Origin: an uncultured Syntrophaceae bacterium
Lineage (GTDB): Bacteria; Desulfobacterota; Syntrophia; Syntrophales; UBA2210
Length of the DNA stretch: 62,830 bases
Assembly: GCA_964540715.1 (NCBI GenBank)
Contig: CAZINZ010000004.1
Span: 1 to 62,830 of the forward strand
Direction of reading: 5' to 3'
Positions within the stretch are counted from its first letter, which is position 1. Every line of letters begins with the position of its first letter. The position numbers were made by a program, and so were the translations under genes. Positions 36,219 through 46,330 of this stretch are shown one piece after another. The notes under the pieces were generated by a model. It saw nothing but the letters and a program-made list of their open reading frames with translations, ran no database searches and had not been told where the DNA came from.

Positions 36219-37543
36219 CTGTCGAAGGAAACATTAAGAAATATCTGGCGAATTACTCCATCAGCGACAGGTGGAGTATCATTTCGGAATCTTTTGATGG
36301 AATTGATAATGTTGTGGTGATCCCCGCACTTGCCGAATCGAACCATATCTTCAAGACCCTTTCCAGTCTTTCAAAGAACCCGAGCGCCGAGCTTGCACGC
36401 ACGCTGGTTGTCTGTGTAATAAACAACGCTAAGGTGGACAGTGTGCCTGCGAATGAGTTTACTGACAATCAGTACACTCTGAAGGTGCTGGATAACAGGG
36501 AACAACCCCCGGCTTTATTCGACGGCATCAGGCAAAGCGGACTGCGTATTGCGTATATCGACGCCTCCTCACCGGGAAAGGAAATGCCTGAAAAGACTGC
36601 TGGTGTGGGCCTTGCGAGAAAGATCGGCATGGATCTCGCCCTGGGTGTATTTAACCGCGATATGGATTGCCAGAAACTTCTTTTCTGTCTCGACGCCGAC
36701 ACGCTGGTGGAGCATAACTACCTTTCTGCCGTGCGTGAATTCTTCGAGATGGAGAATCCCGCCGCATCTGTAATTGGCTTTGCGCACCAGGAGGCGGACT
36801 CTGTTGACGAACAGGCCGCCATCTGTTGTTACGAGATATTTCTCCGTTATTATGTTCTTGGCCTGAGCTGGGCCGGATCGCCATATGACTTTCATTCCAT
36901 AGGCTCCACCATGGTTTGTACCGCCGGGGGATACGCAACCGTGAGAGGTATGAATAAAAGGAAGGCTGGGGAGGACTTCTACTTTCTTGACAAGCTCGCG
37001 AAGATCGGACGGATGGGAAGAATAAGCACAACCACGGTTTACCCCTCTTCGAGACGGTCGCACCGAGTCCCCTTCGGCACCGGCAAGCGAGTCATCAGTT
37101 TTACAGATGGAGAGGGAATCAATTACACCCTTTACAACCCCCTGTCTTTTGCGGTGCTGAAGGGATGGTTTGACTACATGTCATCATGCCGTGATATCAA
37201 TTCAGAGTCAATTCTGGCAGCTGCCGAAGGAATACACCCTTCTCTTGCCACGTTCCTGCGCGTGAATCGTTTCGGCGAAATATGGCGCCGGCTCGCAGAG
37301 AACAGCGGTGACCGCGCCCATCTTTGCGGTCATTTTTTTCGGTGGTTCGATGGATTCAAGACCTTTAAGCTGATCCGTCACCTTACGGATAACGGTTTTC
37401 CTCTGGTGGATATGTTTGCCGCCCTGAGACAACTGATGGAGGTGACGGGAAAGAAACTTCCGGTTGAAATTATTCCCGGAGCCATCCCTCCACTCCAGGA
37501 CCAGATGGAGGTGCTTGATTTTCTCAGAAAGATTGACAGGTAA
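36215..37543 (+). CDS. GT-A fold (GT2-like) glycosyltransferase, function unknown
   Basis: 'VVIPALAE', 'GVGLARKIGMD', DxD-like 'LDADT', 'AGEDFYFL'; GTGA overlap with miaA. Confidence 0.75.
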   Translation: MTVEGNIKKYLANYSISDRWSIISESFDGIDNVVVIPALAESNHIFKTLSSLSKNPSAELARTLVVCVINNAKVDSVPANEFTDNQYTLKVLDNREQPPALFDGIRQSGLRIAYIDASSPGKEMPEKTAGVGLARKIGMDLALGVFNRDMDCQKLLFCLDADTLVEHNYLSAVREFFEMENPAASVIGFAHQEADSVDEQAAICCYEIFLRYYVLGLSWAGSPYDFHSIGSTMVCTAGGYATVRGMNKRKAGEDFYFLDKLAKIGRMGRISTTTVYPSSRRSHRVPFGTGKRVISFTDGEGINYTLYNPLSFAVLKGWFDYMSSCRDINSESILAAAEGIHPSLATFLRVNRFGEIWRRLAENSGDRAHLCGHFFRWFDGFKTFKLIRHLTDNGFPLVDMFAALRQLMEVTGKKLPVEIIPGAIPPLQDQMEVLDFLRKIDR

Positions 37544-37676
37544 GTACACTTTGTTTTTTCAAGAGGTGATCAAGGGTGAATGGTTCACACCAAAAGCACC
37601 AAATGTGATATCCAATAAATAATCATTCAAAAGCCGTTCATTCTCTTCTCTGCAATTTTTTGCAGATCGCGGATTT

Positions 37677-38186
37677 TCACGAATCCTCGCCGGAGAAAAA
37701 TTTTGTCTGTATGAAGATCCCTGACAGGGTCAGGATAATGACTATAGCCGTTTCGATTCTCGGGTCAAGTGCAAAGGTATTAACAATAACCAGGGAGCCG
37801 ACTATGGATGAAAGAGCGATAAGAACCCAGTCGAAAAGGAAAAACAGGAGTACGATTCCGGCGATGCCACCGGCGATACACGTGATCCAGAACACACCAT
37901 GAGGGATGAGTTCGAAGAAGATTAAAATCTTATAGGCTATGTAAGAACCCGCTAAAAATCCGGCCATAAATATGGCCAGGCTTTGCATGGAGATGGCGAT
38001 GAATATGCCGATAATCCCCAGTATAATACCAGCCGCCAGCGCAACAGTGATTGAGTCGACATTCAGGATTTGATCGGCGAAGGTAAAGCCTGTGATGAAG
38101 CCTATGGCCGCCACGAAAAACCAGAAGAATCTTCGGCCTCCTGCGATCAGGAGAATACCAGCCACAACATGTATTAGTGATATCAT
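37677..38186 (-). CDS. DUF4203/TM7S3-like membrane protein
   Basis: Almost entirely hydrophobic, about 6 TM, Gly-rich 'GFLAGSY', 'SSIVGS', 'GIFIQ'. Confidence 0.75.
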   Translation of the reverse strand: MISLIHVVAGILLIAGGRRFFWFFVAAIGFITGFTFADQILNVDSITVALAAGIILGIIGIFIAISMQSLAIFMAGFLAGSYIAYKILIFFELIPHGVFWITCIAGGIAGIVLLFFLFDWVLIALSSIVGSLVIVNTFALDPRIETAIVIILTLSGIFIQTKFFSGEDS

Positions 38187-38308
38187 AATGGTCCTTTCCC
38201 TCCTTTAGCACTATGATCGTCAGTTAGGTGAGTTGAAGAGGTGGAGAAGAAGCACAGCAAATCAGCATCCTTCAAAATCATATTGGAACAACCCGCCAAT
38301 CAGGTGAA

Positions 38309-39478
38309 CTACCGTTTGAGTCGTTCCTTGAGTCCCATTATCCTGTTGTAGGAATCATCTATTCTTTCAGGGCCTATCTCTCCGTCGATTACGAGCTTCT
38401 TTATGATTCCTGTGGCCCGTCCGGCAATATCTTCATCAAATACGGAATTGTTTGCGAAGATGAGTATATCACAACCGGCACCTATTGCCAGCTTGATTGC
38501 CATTTCGAGTCCATAAAAGGAACGTATTGCATTCATTTGCATATCATCGGAAATGACGACGCCATTGAACCCCATATCATCTCTCAGGATCCCACCGATT
38601 ATTTTGTGAGAAAGGGTTGCCGGCAGCAGGGGGTCAAGCCTGGCGTTAAAAATGTGGGCTGTCATTACCATATCGCAGTTCCCTGACTGAATGACTGTCT
38701 TGAAGGGCTTAAATTCTTCTGGAGACCAGCTCTCAGTAACATCCACGAATCCCTCATGGGAGTCAGCCATGGAGCTTCCGTGGCCGGGAAAGTGTTTGAT
38801 CGCCGAAAGTACGCCATACTTGTGGAGCATCTCGATACAGACAATTGAATGCCTCGCCACGATATCCGGATCAGCTGAAAAACTCCTCTCAATCTTTCCT
38901 ATTACTGGGTTGTCGGGGTTTATGTTTAGATCAACAACGGGTGCAAAGTTCATGTTTATTCCAAGGCCGGCGAGGGTCTCTGCCGTTCTCTCGGCGTATT
39001 TTTTAGTGACTTCAAGATCATCCATTTCCCCGAGATACCCCCCAGAGACAGTTGGCGGAAAGCCGAACCTCTCTTTGAGCCTGTTTACCTTCCCACCCTC
39101 CTGATCGATTGCGATAAAAAGGGGGATGGAAGATGCACCTTGCAAAGCATTAACGAGGGATCGCACCTGATCAGGAGATTTGATATTTCTGAGGGGGGAT
39201 CCCGAGGGAACATCATAGTCAAAGAGGACGACACCACCTATGTTCCGCTTACGTATGTCGTCTATCACGGGGCTTGTGTCGTCGACGGAAAGCCCCCGGA
39301 ATCCGATCATGATCATCTGGCCGATTTTTACATCGAGTGTATCATGTTTACCGATTGATTCTCTTGAGAGAGAAATGGATGGCGTTGCGAAGATGCACAC
39401 AGACGCAATCAAGACCAAGAGAGAGGGCATTCGAAGATGATTCGACAGGGAACATGGAGTTTTTTTGGATATGACCAT
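38309..39478 (-). CDS. Exported GH3 beta-N-acetylhexosaminidase (NagZ-like)
   Basis: Signal peptide; 'IDQEGGKVNRL', 'NFAPVVD', 'KHFPGHGS...DSH', 'ISDDMQM'. Confidence 0.9.
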   Translation of the reverse strand: MVISKKTPCSLSNHLRMPSLLVLIASVCIFATPSISLSRESIGKHDTLDVKIGQMIMIGFRGLSVDDTSPVIDDIRKRNIGGVVLFDYDVPSGSPLRNIKSPDQVRSLVNALQGASSIPLFIAIDQEGGKVNRLKERFGFPPTVSGGYLGEMDDLEVTKKYAERTAETLAGLGINMNFAPVVDLNINPDNPVIGKIERSFSADPDIVARHSIVCIEMLHKYGVLSAIKHFPGHGSSMADSHEGFVDVTESWSPEEFKPFKTVIQSGNCDMVMTAHIFNARLDPLLPATLSHKIIGGILRDDMGFNGVVISDDMQMNAIRSFYGLEMAIKLAIGAGCDILIFANNSVFDEDIAGRATGIIKKLVIDGEIGPERIDDSYNRIMGLKERLKR

Positions 39479-39981
39479 TCAAAATCTCCCCGGGATATTA
39501 CATCACGACTGCGGATTGGAGATCGCAACCTCAGCCAGGAAATTGTGTAACATCGGTATAAACATCATACGTGTCATACATATACATTGATATGTTGAGA
39601 GGTCAAGTCTAACTTGTCTGCGTTCTAAAACATCTTTTTTAAGTCTAATCTTTTTCATTAATCCTGGTGCTCTGCGAAATTGTAAATCTTCTCTCAAAAA
39701 TACCGACTGCCTGATAAAACGCGGCATGTGATATCATTATAATTCTTGACAGAACCCCACTGTTAGTTCATAGACGAAGATAGATCATGTTTCGCTCCTG
39801 TTTAGACTTTCTCTGGTATCTGAATTAAACAGCCCCCCCTGTTTGCGGAGGGGGTGGAGAGCGAATAAAAAATAAACATTTTCCTTGACAATCGGAAACT
39901 CCCCGCAACTTGTCGGAGCAAAAGTGGTGATCCCGCTTATACGGGATGGCGGAGAGCTTCAATTAAGAGAGGAATCTTATC

Positions 39982-40545
39982 ATGTCGCAAAAGACTTTTT
40001 CTAAGAGGGTACTGATTCCCGCGGGCATTGTAATGTTTCTGATGATCCTGTCAATCAATGTCTATAATATATCCCCTGACATAGGTGTTAATTATCCGGC
40101 CATGGGCCGGCTAATGTCCAATATATCCGCACTATTTATGCTTGTCAGTATATGGTTTGGCGCTTTTATCGCGCACCCGCTTGCCTACAGGGCGGGCGCA
40201 AGTATGAGAGAGAGGGTGCTGGCGGGTCTGGCCACCCCCCTGGTCTGGTCGGCTAAGATGGTTTACGGCGCCGGGTGCATATATGCAGGATGGGAACTGG
40301 CCTACTGGTCTTTCCATCCTCTGATTGTGGGAGTAATAGGGGTCGCTTTACTTGAGATGGGTATTGCCGAAATCGTATGCAGACTGGCGTACAGGAAAAA
40401 AGCACCTATACCGGAGAAGGTTATGCAACCCTCCGTTGTAATCATGCTCCTTGCAGGCCTTATTCTTGTGCCCGTTGCCCTCTGGAACGGGGGGACCTTT
40501 CTGTTTTATATATTCGTGGACATATATACCACGCTCTTCTACTGA
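39982..40545 (+). CDS. Hypothetical multi-pass membrane protein
   Basis: 187 aa, about 5 hydrophobic segments, GAGAGG SD; 31 bp before the sulfatase. Confidence 0.8.
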   Translation: MSQKTFSKRVLIPAGIVMFLMILSINVYNISPDIGVNYPAMGRLMSNISALFMLVSIWFGAFIAHPLAYRAGASMRERVLAGLATPLVWSAKMVYGAGCIYAGWELAYWSFHPLIVGVIGVALLEMGIAEIVCRLAYRKKAPIPEKVMQPSVVIMLLAGLILVPVALWNGGTFLFYIFVDIYTTLFY

Positions 40546-40576
40546 TCCGGGAAGGATGTAAAGGAGGGAACCGGAC

Positions 40577-41989
40577 GTGGCAATAGGTGAAGACAATCTG
40601 TTCGAACGGAACATTTCCCGAAGGGAGATTCTCGAAATACTGGGTGGCATGGCGGTTGCGGGGATGCTGGACATATCTTTGCCGATACGCGCCCTTTCAG
40701 CTCCGGCCGTAAGGCCCAACATAATCTTTATCCTGAGTGACGATCACCGCTGGGATCATATGAGCTGTATGGGCCATCCGTTCCTTGAAACACCCAATCT
40801 CGACAGAATGGCGAATGAGGGGGTTCTTTGCGAGAATGCCTTTGTTACGTCGTCTCTCTGCAGCCCGAGCAGGGCGAGTTTCCTTACAGGGCAGTATGCT
40901 CATACCCATGGGGTGAAAAATAATATAACTCCCTGGAGCGATGAAAATGTAACTTTTATGGAATTGTTGAAAAGGGGCGGCTATGACACGGCATTCATCG
41001 GTAAATGGCACATGCCCGGCATAGGGTTGCCGAATCTGAGGGGAGTGGACAGGTTTATTTCTTTTACTATTCAGAGAGGGCAGGGCAGGTATTTTAACTG
41101 TCCTATGATAGTGGACGGAGTGGATACTCCTTCCAGAAAGGAATATATAACGGAGGAGCTTACCGATTATGCCCTGGATTTTATAAAGCAGGAGAGAAAC
41201 AATCCGTTCTGTCTGTATCTTTCAATGAAGGCGGTTCACCACCGCTGGCTGCCTCCGAAGGATCTGAAGGGGACGTACGGCAATATAACCGACCTACACC
41301 TGCCGCCGGAGGCCGACAACTGGATCGGTCTCGTGGATAATCACATTATTTACGGGACATTTGGTGGCCTGAAACAGATGTACAGAGGGTACTGTGAGAC
41401 CATCCTTGAAATAGACAGGGAAGTTGGTCGGATTCTCGATTATCTCGACGCGTCCGGGATTGCCGATGATACAGTCGTAATATACGCCGGTGATAACGGG
41501 ATATACTGGGGAGAGCATCGCCTTGTAGATAAACGATTTGCCTACGAAGAGGTTATACGTATCCCCTATATGTTTCGCTACCCGAAACTTATTAATAATC
41601 CGGGCAGAAGACTGTCTCAAATGGTGTTAAATATCGACCTGGCGCCTACGGTGCTGGAATTAGCAGGGCTCAATGTGCCGGGGAACATGCAGGGAATGAG
41701 CATCGCTCCCCTGCTTGCATCGAAGGATATACCGTGGAGAAAGTCGTGGCTTTATGAATATTTTGCCGATTTTCCTTACACGGTACCCCAGATGTATGCT
41801 CTTCGCACCAAGAACTACAAGTATATCGAATATCAAAGCGAGTGCTATCCACCGGAACTTTACAATATTTCATCTGATCCCAAAGAGAAAAAAGATCTCC
41901 ATAATACCGATCTGGCGGGCAGTATACTTCCGCAATTGCAGAGGGACTTGATAAGGCTCAAAAAGGAGACTGGTGTTCCCGGCATGTAG
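40577..41989 (+). CDS. Cys-type sulfatase with Tat signal (GlcNAc-6-sulfatase-like branch)
   Basis: 'SRREIL' twin-Arg; 'PNIIFILSDD'; FGly motif 'LCSPSRASFLTG'; 'GKWH', 'GDNG', 'EEVIRIP'. Confidence 0.93.
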   Translation: MAIGEDNLFERNISRREILEILGGMAVAGMLDISLPIRALSAPAVRPNIIFILSDDHRWDHMSCMGHPFLETPNLDRMANEGVLCENAFVTSSLCSPSRASFLTGQYAHTHGVKNNITPWSDENVTFMELLKRGGYDTAFIGKWHMPGIGLPNLRGVDRFISFTIQRGQGRYFNCPMIVDGVDTPSRKEYITEELTDYALDFIKQERNNPFCLYLSMKAVHHRWLPPKDLKGTYGNITDLHLPPEADNWIGLVDNHIIYGTFGGLKQMYRGYCETILEIDREVGRILDYLDASGIADDTVVIYAGDNGIYWGEHRLVDKRFAYEEVIRIPYMFRYPKLINNPGRRLSQMVLNIDLAPTVLELAGLNVPGNMQGMSIAPLLASKDIPWRKSWLYEYFADFPYTVPQMYALRTKNYKYIEYQSECYPPELYNISSDPKEKKDLHNTDLAGSILPQLQRDLIRLKKETGVPGM

Positions 41990-41992
41990 GCA

Positions 41993-43225
41993 TTATCCGG
42001 ATATCCTCATTATATTGGTTGCCGGCCTTTGATTATTCAGTTCGTTTGCCATGAATTTCATGGCCTTTGATGTATGACTGAAAAATGAGCGATAGCCCTC
42101 GCATAGATAATTAAGCTCAGCCTCTTCGTCATCGGTAAAAATAAATCTGTTCCTTGGGCACCCGCCGAAGCAGAGGTTGAGATGGTCGCAACTTCTGCAC
42201 TGTCCCGGCAATCTCTCCCATTTGTCATCCCCGAATCCGGTCTGTGATTTTGACCTTGCAAGTTTGGCAATGGGGGTTTCTTTTATATTGCCGAGTCTGT
42301 ATTCCGGATAGACAAAGTGATCGCAGGCGTAGATGTCTCCGTTGTGTTCCAGTACCAGCGATCTTCCGCATGTCCTGTTGAGAACGCAGAGCGCGGCAGG
42401 ATGGCCCATCCAGTTTGCGAGCGTATAATCGAAGATCTGAACAAAAATCCGTCCAACATCATTTTGCACCCAGCTGTCAAAAATCCCATTGAGAAACGTG
42501 CCGAATCCCTTCGGGGTTACACTCCATTCTGTCACCAACTCCGAATGTTTCCTGCCTTTATTTGTGGTCCATTTTTCTGAGTTTTTCTGAAAGGGTGCTT
42601 CCTTCTTGAAATTCTTTTCCTCCACTACGGGGATAAACTGCATGAAGTTGAAGTATCCCTTCAGGTAATCATAGATATACAATGGATTCTGGGCACTTAT
42701 ATCCGTTATACAAACGAGGGCATTGTAATCCACATTGTGTTTCCTGAGGTGTTCCACCCCCTTCATAACGCCGGCGAAGGAACCCCTTCCCGAGCTGTCC
42801 ACTCTGTAGCGGTTGTGGATATCCTCAGGACCGTCGATGCTTACACCGATCAGAAAATTGTTTTCTCTGAAAAACTCTGCCCATTTAGAATCTATCAGCG
42901 TAGCATTGGTTTGAAAAGCGTTGGTTATTTCCTGATTGGGCATCTTGTATTTTTTTTGCAGTTCCACTGCGTTTCTGAAAAAATCAAGGCCCATCAGGCA
43001 GGGTTCTCCTCCCTGCCATACGAATTGAACGGGATATGCCCGAGGCTGGGACTGGATGTAGTCCCTTACAAAGACCTCCAGGATATCATTATCCATCTTC
43101 CAGTTGTATGAGAGGTCGCACCCATTTTGTTTGTAGTTATAGAAGCAGTAGACACAGTCAAGATTGCACAGTGGGCCGCAGGGTTTTGCCATAATCTCGA
43201 ATGGATATTGTTTATTATTGGTCAT
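41993..43225 (-). CDS. anSME: Anaerobic sulfatase maturase (radical SAM-SPASM)
   Basis: 'AKPCGPLCNLDCVYCF', 'WQGGEP', 'QTNATL', 'SIDGP'; SPASM 'CDHF' and 'CRSC..LNLCFGGCPRNR'. Confidence 0.93.
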   Translation of the reverse strand: MTNNKQYPFEIMAKPCGPLCNLDCVYCFYNYKQNGCDLSYNWKMDNDILEVFVRDYIQSQPRAYPVQFVWQGGEPCLMGLDFFRNAVELQKKYKMPNQEITNAFQTNATLIDSKWAEFFRENNFLIGVSIDGPEDIHNRYRVDSSGRGSFAGVMKGVEHLRKHNVDYNALVCITDISAQNPLYIYDYLKGYFNFMQFIPVVEEKNFKKEAPFQKNSEKWTTNKGRKHSELVTEWSVTPKGFGTFLNGIFDSWVQNDVGRIFVQIFDYTLANWMGHPAALCVLNRTCGRSLVLEHNGDIYACDHFVYPEYRLGNIKETPIAKLARSKSQTGFGDDKWERLPGQCRSCDHLNLCFGGCPRNRFIFTDDEEAELNYLCEGYRSFFSHTSKAMKFMANELNNQRPATNIMRISG

Positions 43226-43385
43226 AGTTGAGCTTTCTGGGCATGGATATTGACTTTCACGGGCATATTTTGTTTGAATTCTGGCAGGAAAATTCGGTAT
43301 AGTCAATAGCAATAACCCCGATTTTCCCAGATGAAACTTGTAATCCAGGGGGGAATCTTTTAGGCTTTCTTACATTTTTGACGGA

Positions 43386-44282
43386 GTGGAATCAGTGTAT
43401 CATCTTGTTGACCGGTACCTTAATTTTCTCGCGATTGAAAAAGGTGTTTCTCTCAACACCATGGAGGCTTACAGCAGGGACCTGAACCGGTATTTGGAGT
43501 TTGTCGAACAGGCGGGAATTAAGGATATCAGAGGAATTTCTCCCGACAATGTTATCTCATTTCTTGGAAACCTGAAGGGCGCGGGTCTTGCTACCAGTTC
43601 CATCAACCGGTCGCTAGCAGCTATCCGGGGATTTTACAAATATCTCCTGACCGAAAAAGCTGTTGATGAAAATCCGGTAGCCAATATTGAACTCGCCAGG
43701 GCATGGATGCATCTTCCCGATACGCTCAGCAGGGAGGAGACGAACCTTCTCCTGAAAATGCCTGGCACGCAAAACCCGCTTGCTGTCAGAGATACCGCCA
43801 TGCTGGAACTTCTGTACGCTACGGGTATTCGCGCATCGGAACTGATTTCTCTATCCATGAGCAACATAAACTGGCAGGCGGGCTATCTAATCGTTGTTGG
43901 AAAGGGAAACAAGGAGAGAATCGTTCCGATCGGAAGGATGGCTTTTGACTGTCTGAACCGGTATGTTGAAGGCTCAAGGCGTAATTTATCCAAAGGACGA
44001 TCGGTTAACGCCATCTTCCTGAACAGATCTGGAACCGGGCTGACACGTCAGGGGTTCTGGAAGATTGTAAAAAAGTATGTTAGGAAGGCAGGACTACAGA
44101 AGAAGGTCTATCCTCATACGTTCCGACATTCGTTTGCGACACACCTTCTCGAGGGGGGAGCTGATTTGCGTTCCGTACAGATGATGCTGGGTCACGCCGA
44201 TATTTCCACCACGCAAATATACACGCATGTCACTCGTGAGAGATTGAAGGAAATTCACAAGAAATTTCATCCAAGAGGTTAG
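43386..44282 (+). CDS. xerD: Site-specific tyrosine recombinase XerD
   Basis: 'YATGIRASEL', 'GKGNKER', 'LTRQGFW', 'PHTFRHSFATHLL', 'LGHADISTTQIY'. Confidence 0.95.
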   Translation: MESVYHLVDRYLNFLAIEKGVSLNTMEAYSRDLNRYLEFVEQAGIKDIRGISPDNVISFLGNLKGAGLATSSINRSLAAIRGFYKYLLTEKAVDENPVANIELARAWMHLPDTLSREETNLLLKMPGTQNPLAVRDTAMLELLYATGIRASELISLSMSNINWQAGYLIVVGKGNKERIVPIGRMAFDCLNRYVEGSRRNLSKGRSVNAIFLNRSGTGLTRQGFWKIVKKYVRKAGLQKKVYPHTFRHSFATHLLEGGADLRSVQMMLGHADISTTQIYTHVTRERLKEIHKKFHPRG

Positions 44283-46279
44283 TGATGGACTACTATCGCA
44301 GTTCTAATGAAAAGAAGAAAAAAGTCAGAGAACCCCGGACAGGGAAAAGCCGGACTCCTCACTCGGGAATAATCTTTGTCGTTCTACTATCTTTTGTAGT
44401 TGGAGTTTTATTCAGCTCGCTTACGTCAAACCTTGGAGCGTTCTCCTGGCTGTCAAGAATGAAAGCCACTATTCTTGTTACGTTCGGTGGAGATACCCCC
44501 CAAACCTATTACATCGATATCGAAAAGAATGGGAAGGACTATAAATTAAAGCAAGGAGACCGGTTTGAAGTCTCGTATCGCGACGAGTTTGTTATAAAGC
44601 ATGTATCGACAGATTCTCCCTTTAACAGGGGAATTACGGTTGATATTGAAGAAATTGGAACCTCAAACGATTTGGAGAAGCTGTTAAACGGGATTGACCT
44701 GGTTGACAGAAAGATAGCGAACGACAGCAAGGCTTTCGGAATCAATGTCCTTTACCGGGGTAATGTCATTACATCCATTCCGATAGATGTTGAGATTATG
44801 CCCCAGGACTGGTTGAGATTTGCAAGAGGATCCAAGACGGAGAAATCGAGGATTGAGTATCTTGAGCGGGCTGTTCGTATGAAAAAGGATGACATAAACG
44901 CGCGCAAGATGCTGGCAAGACTCTATGTTAAATCCGGAATGACCAGTAAAGGGATTTTGGAATACAAATGGATATTAAAGCAAAAACCCGATGATTTGAT
45001 TTCTCTTATCGAGCTCTCCAGGATGTACATGAAGTTGAAGCAGTACAATAATGCCTTAAGCATTCAACGTAAAATTATCAAAATAGACAGCAAAGATGAT
45101 GTTACCTACGCAAATATTGCCTACTCCTACGCGAAAACGGGAAAGTGGAAGCGTTCTGTCGCCAATTATGAGGTTTCGCTCCGGCTTAATCCCGACAGCA
45201 CCACGGTTCGATACAACCTGGCTGAGGCGTATGAGAAAACTGGCCGGGATAAGAAAGCAATTGAACAGTATAACAAGGTATTGAAGAAAATGCCCGGTGA
45301 CGTGAATGTTATGATCGCTTTTGCCGATACGTACCTCAGAACAGGCAGATATGACGATGCCATAAAAATGTATAGAAAGGTCTTAAAGAAACAGCCGAAA
45401 AACGCCTCTGCATATGCCAACATAGGACTTGCTTACGGAAACAAAGGGCTTCTTGCAAAAGAGATAGAAAATTATAAGAAGGCCATCTCTCTCAGGCCAA
45501 ATGATCCGGCAATACATTTCAATCTTGGCATGGCATATGATAAAGCGAAGCTTCGTGACAGGGCTGCTCAGGAATATCGAAAGGTGTTGAGCATAAAGCC
45601 GGGTGACATTGATGCCAGATTACGTCTTGCCGGTCATTACATGGCGATAAAAGACTATGGCAAGGCGACGGATATGTATGACAAATTGTCAAAAACTAAA
45701 TCAAAGGATCCATCCTTATACGAAAAAATAGGTTTTGCGTATGGAGAATTAAAGGAATATGAAAAGGCTGTTACTAATTATGAAAAGGCTTTAAAGTATG
45801 GATCTAAGAGCAAATACATACACTATAATCTTGCTGTTGCCTGTGATAAGGCTGGCAGAAAGAGACAGGCAATCTCTGAATATGAAAAGTTTGCTTCGCG
45901 TTTCCCCACTATTGAGGTGCTGTCTATTCTGGCCGAATATTACATGAAAGAGAAACAATACGACAAAGCCGTGGACGCATATAAAAAAATGATCAAGATC
46001 GACTCAAAAGAAGCCGGCCTGTATTCGAGTATAGGATATGCGTGCAGTCTGAAAGGGGATATAGACAGGGCGATCGCCAACTATAAGGTTTCGCTCCGTT
46101 ACGACAGCGAAGATGATACGGTATACTGTCGTCTCGGCAATGCATATGAGAAGAAGGGTATGTACGAAGAGGCGCTCAGGGAATATACAAATGCGTACCA
46201 GATTAATCCTGGTTCCAACGAAGCGTCTCGAAAGATACCGCAGATGAGGATTCGAATGCTTCAGCAGAAGCATCGATAG
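44282..46279 (+). CDS. Membrane-anchored tetratricopeptide repeat protein
   Basis: One N-terminal TM, a beta-rich region, then more than 10 TPR-like repeats ('AIEQYNKVLKKMP', 'AIKMYRKVLKKQP'). Confidence 0.88.
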   Translation: MMDYYRSSNEKKKKVREPRTGKSRTPHSGIIFVVLLSFVVGVLFSSLTSNLGAFSWLSRMKATILVTFGGDTPQTYYIDIEKNGKDYKLKQGDRFEVSYRDEFVIKHVSTDSPFNRGITVDIEEIGTSNDLEKLLNGIDLVDRKIANDSKAFGINVLYRGNVITSIPIDVEIMPQDWLRFARGSKTEKSRIEYLERAVRMKKDDINARKMLARLYVKSGMTSKGILEYKWILKQKPDDLISLIELSRMYMKLKQYNNALSIQRKIIKIDSKDDVTYANIAYSYAKTGKWKRSVANYEVSLRLNPDSTTVRYNLAEAYEKTGRDKKAIEQYNKVLKKMPGDVNVMIAFADTYLRTGRYDDAIKMYRKVLKKQPKNASAYANIGLAYGNKGLLAKEIENYKKAISLRPNDPAIHFNLGMAYDKAKLRDRAAQEYRKVLSIKPGDIDARLRLAGHYMAIKDYGKATDMYDKLSKTKSKDPSLYEKIGFAYGELKEYEKAVTNYEKALKYGSKSKYIHYNLAVACDKAGRKRQAISEYEKFASRFPTIEVLSILAEYYMKEKQYDKAVDAYKKMIKIDSKEAGLYSSIGYACSLKGDIDRAIANYKVSLRYDSEDDTVYCRLGNAYEKKGMYEEALREYTNAYQINPGSNEASRKIPQMRIRMLQQKHR

Positions 46280-46330
46280 ATTACTGTCCGGGGACACGAT
46301 CCCGAGAAATCTGATCGTTTCGCCAGATAA

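Noticed and set aside
39503-39727. 74-aa minus-strand ORF upstream of the GH3 gene
   Set aside because: No SD and no recognisable motif; the region more likely holds divergent promoters. It cannot be excluded without expression data.
43386-44282. Tyrosine recombinase as a prophage or island integrase
   Set aside because: Sequence is canonical chromosomal XerD (LTRQGFW motif, about 298 aa) in a housekeeping context; no att repeats or phage genes nearby.
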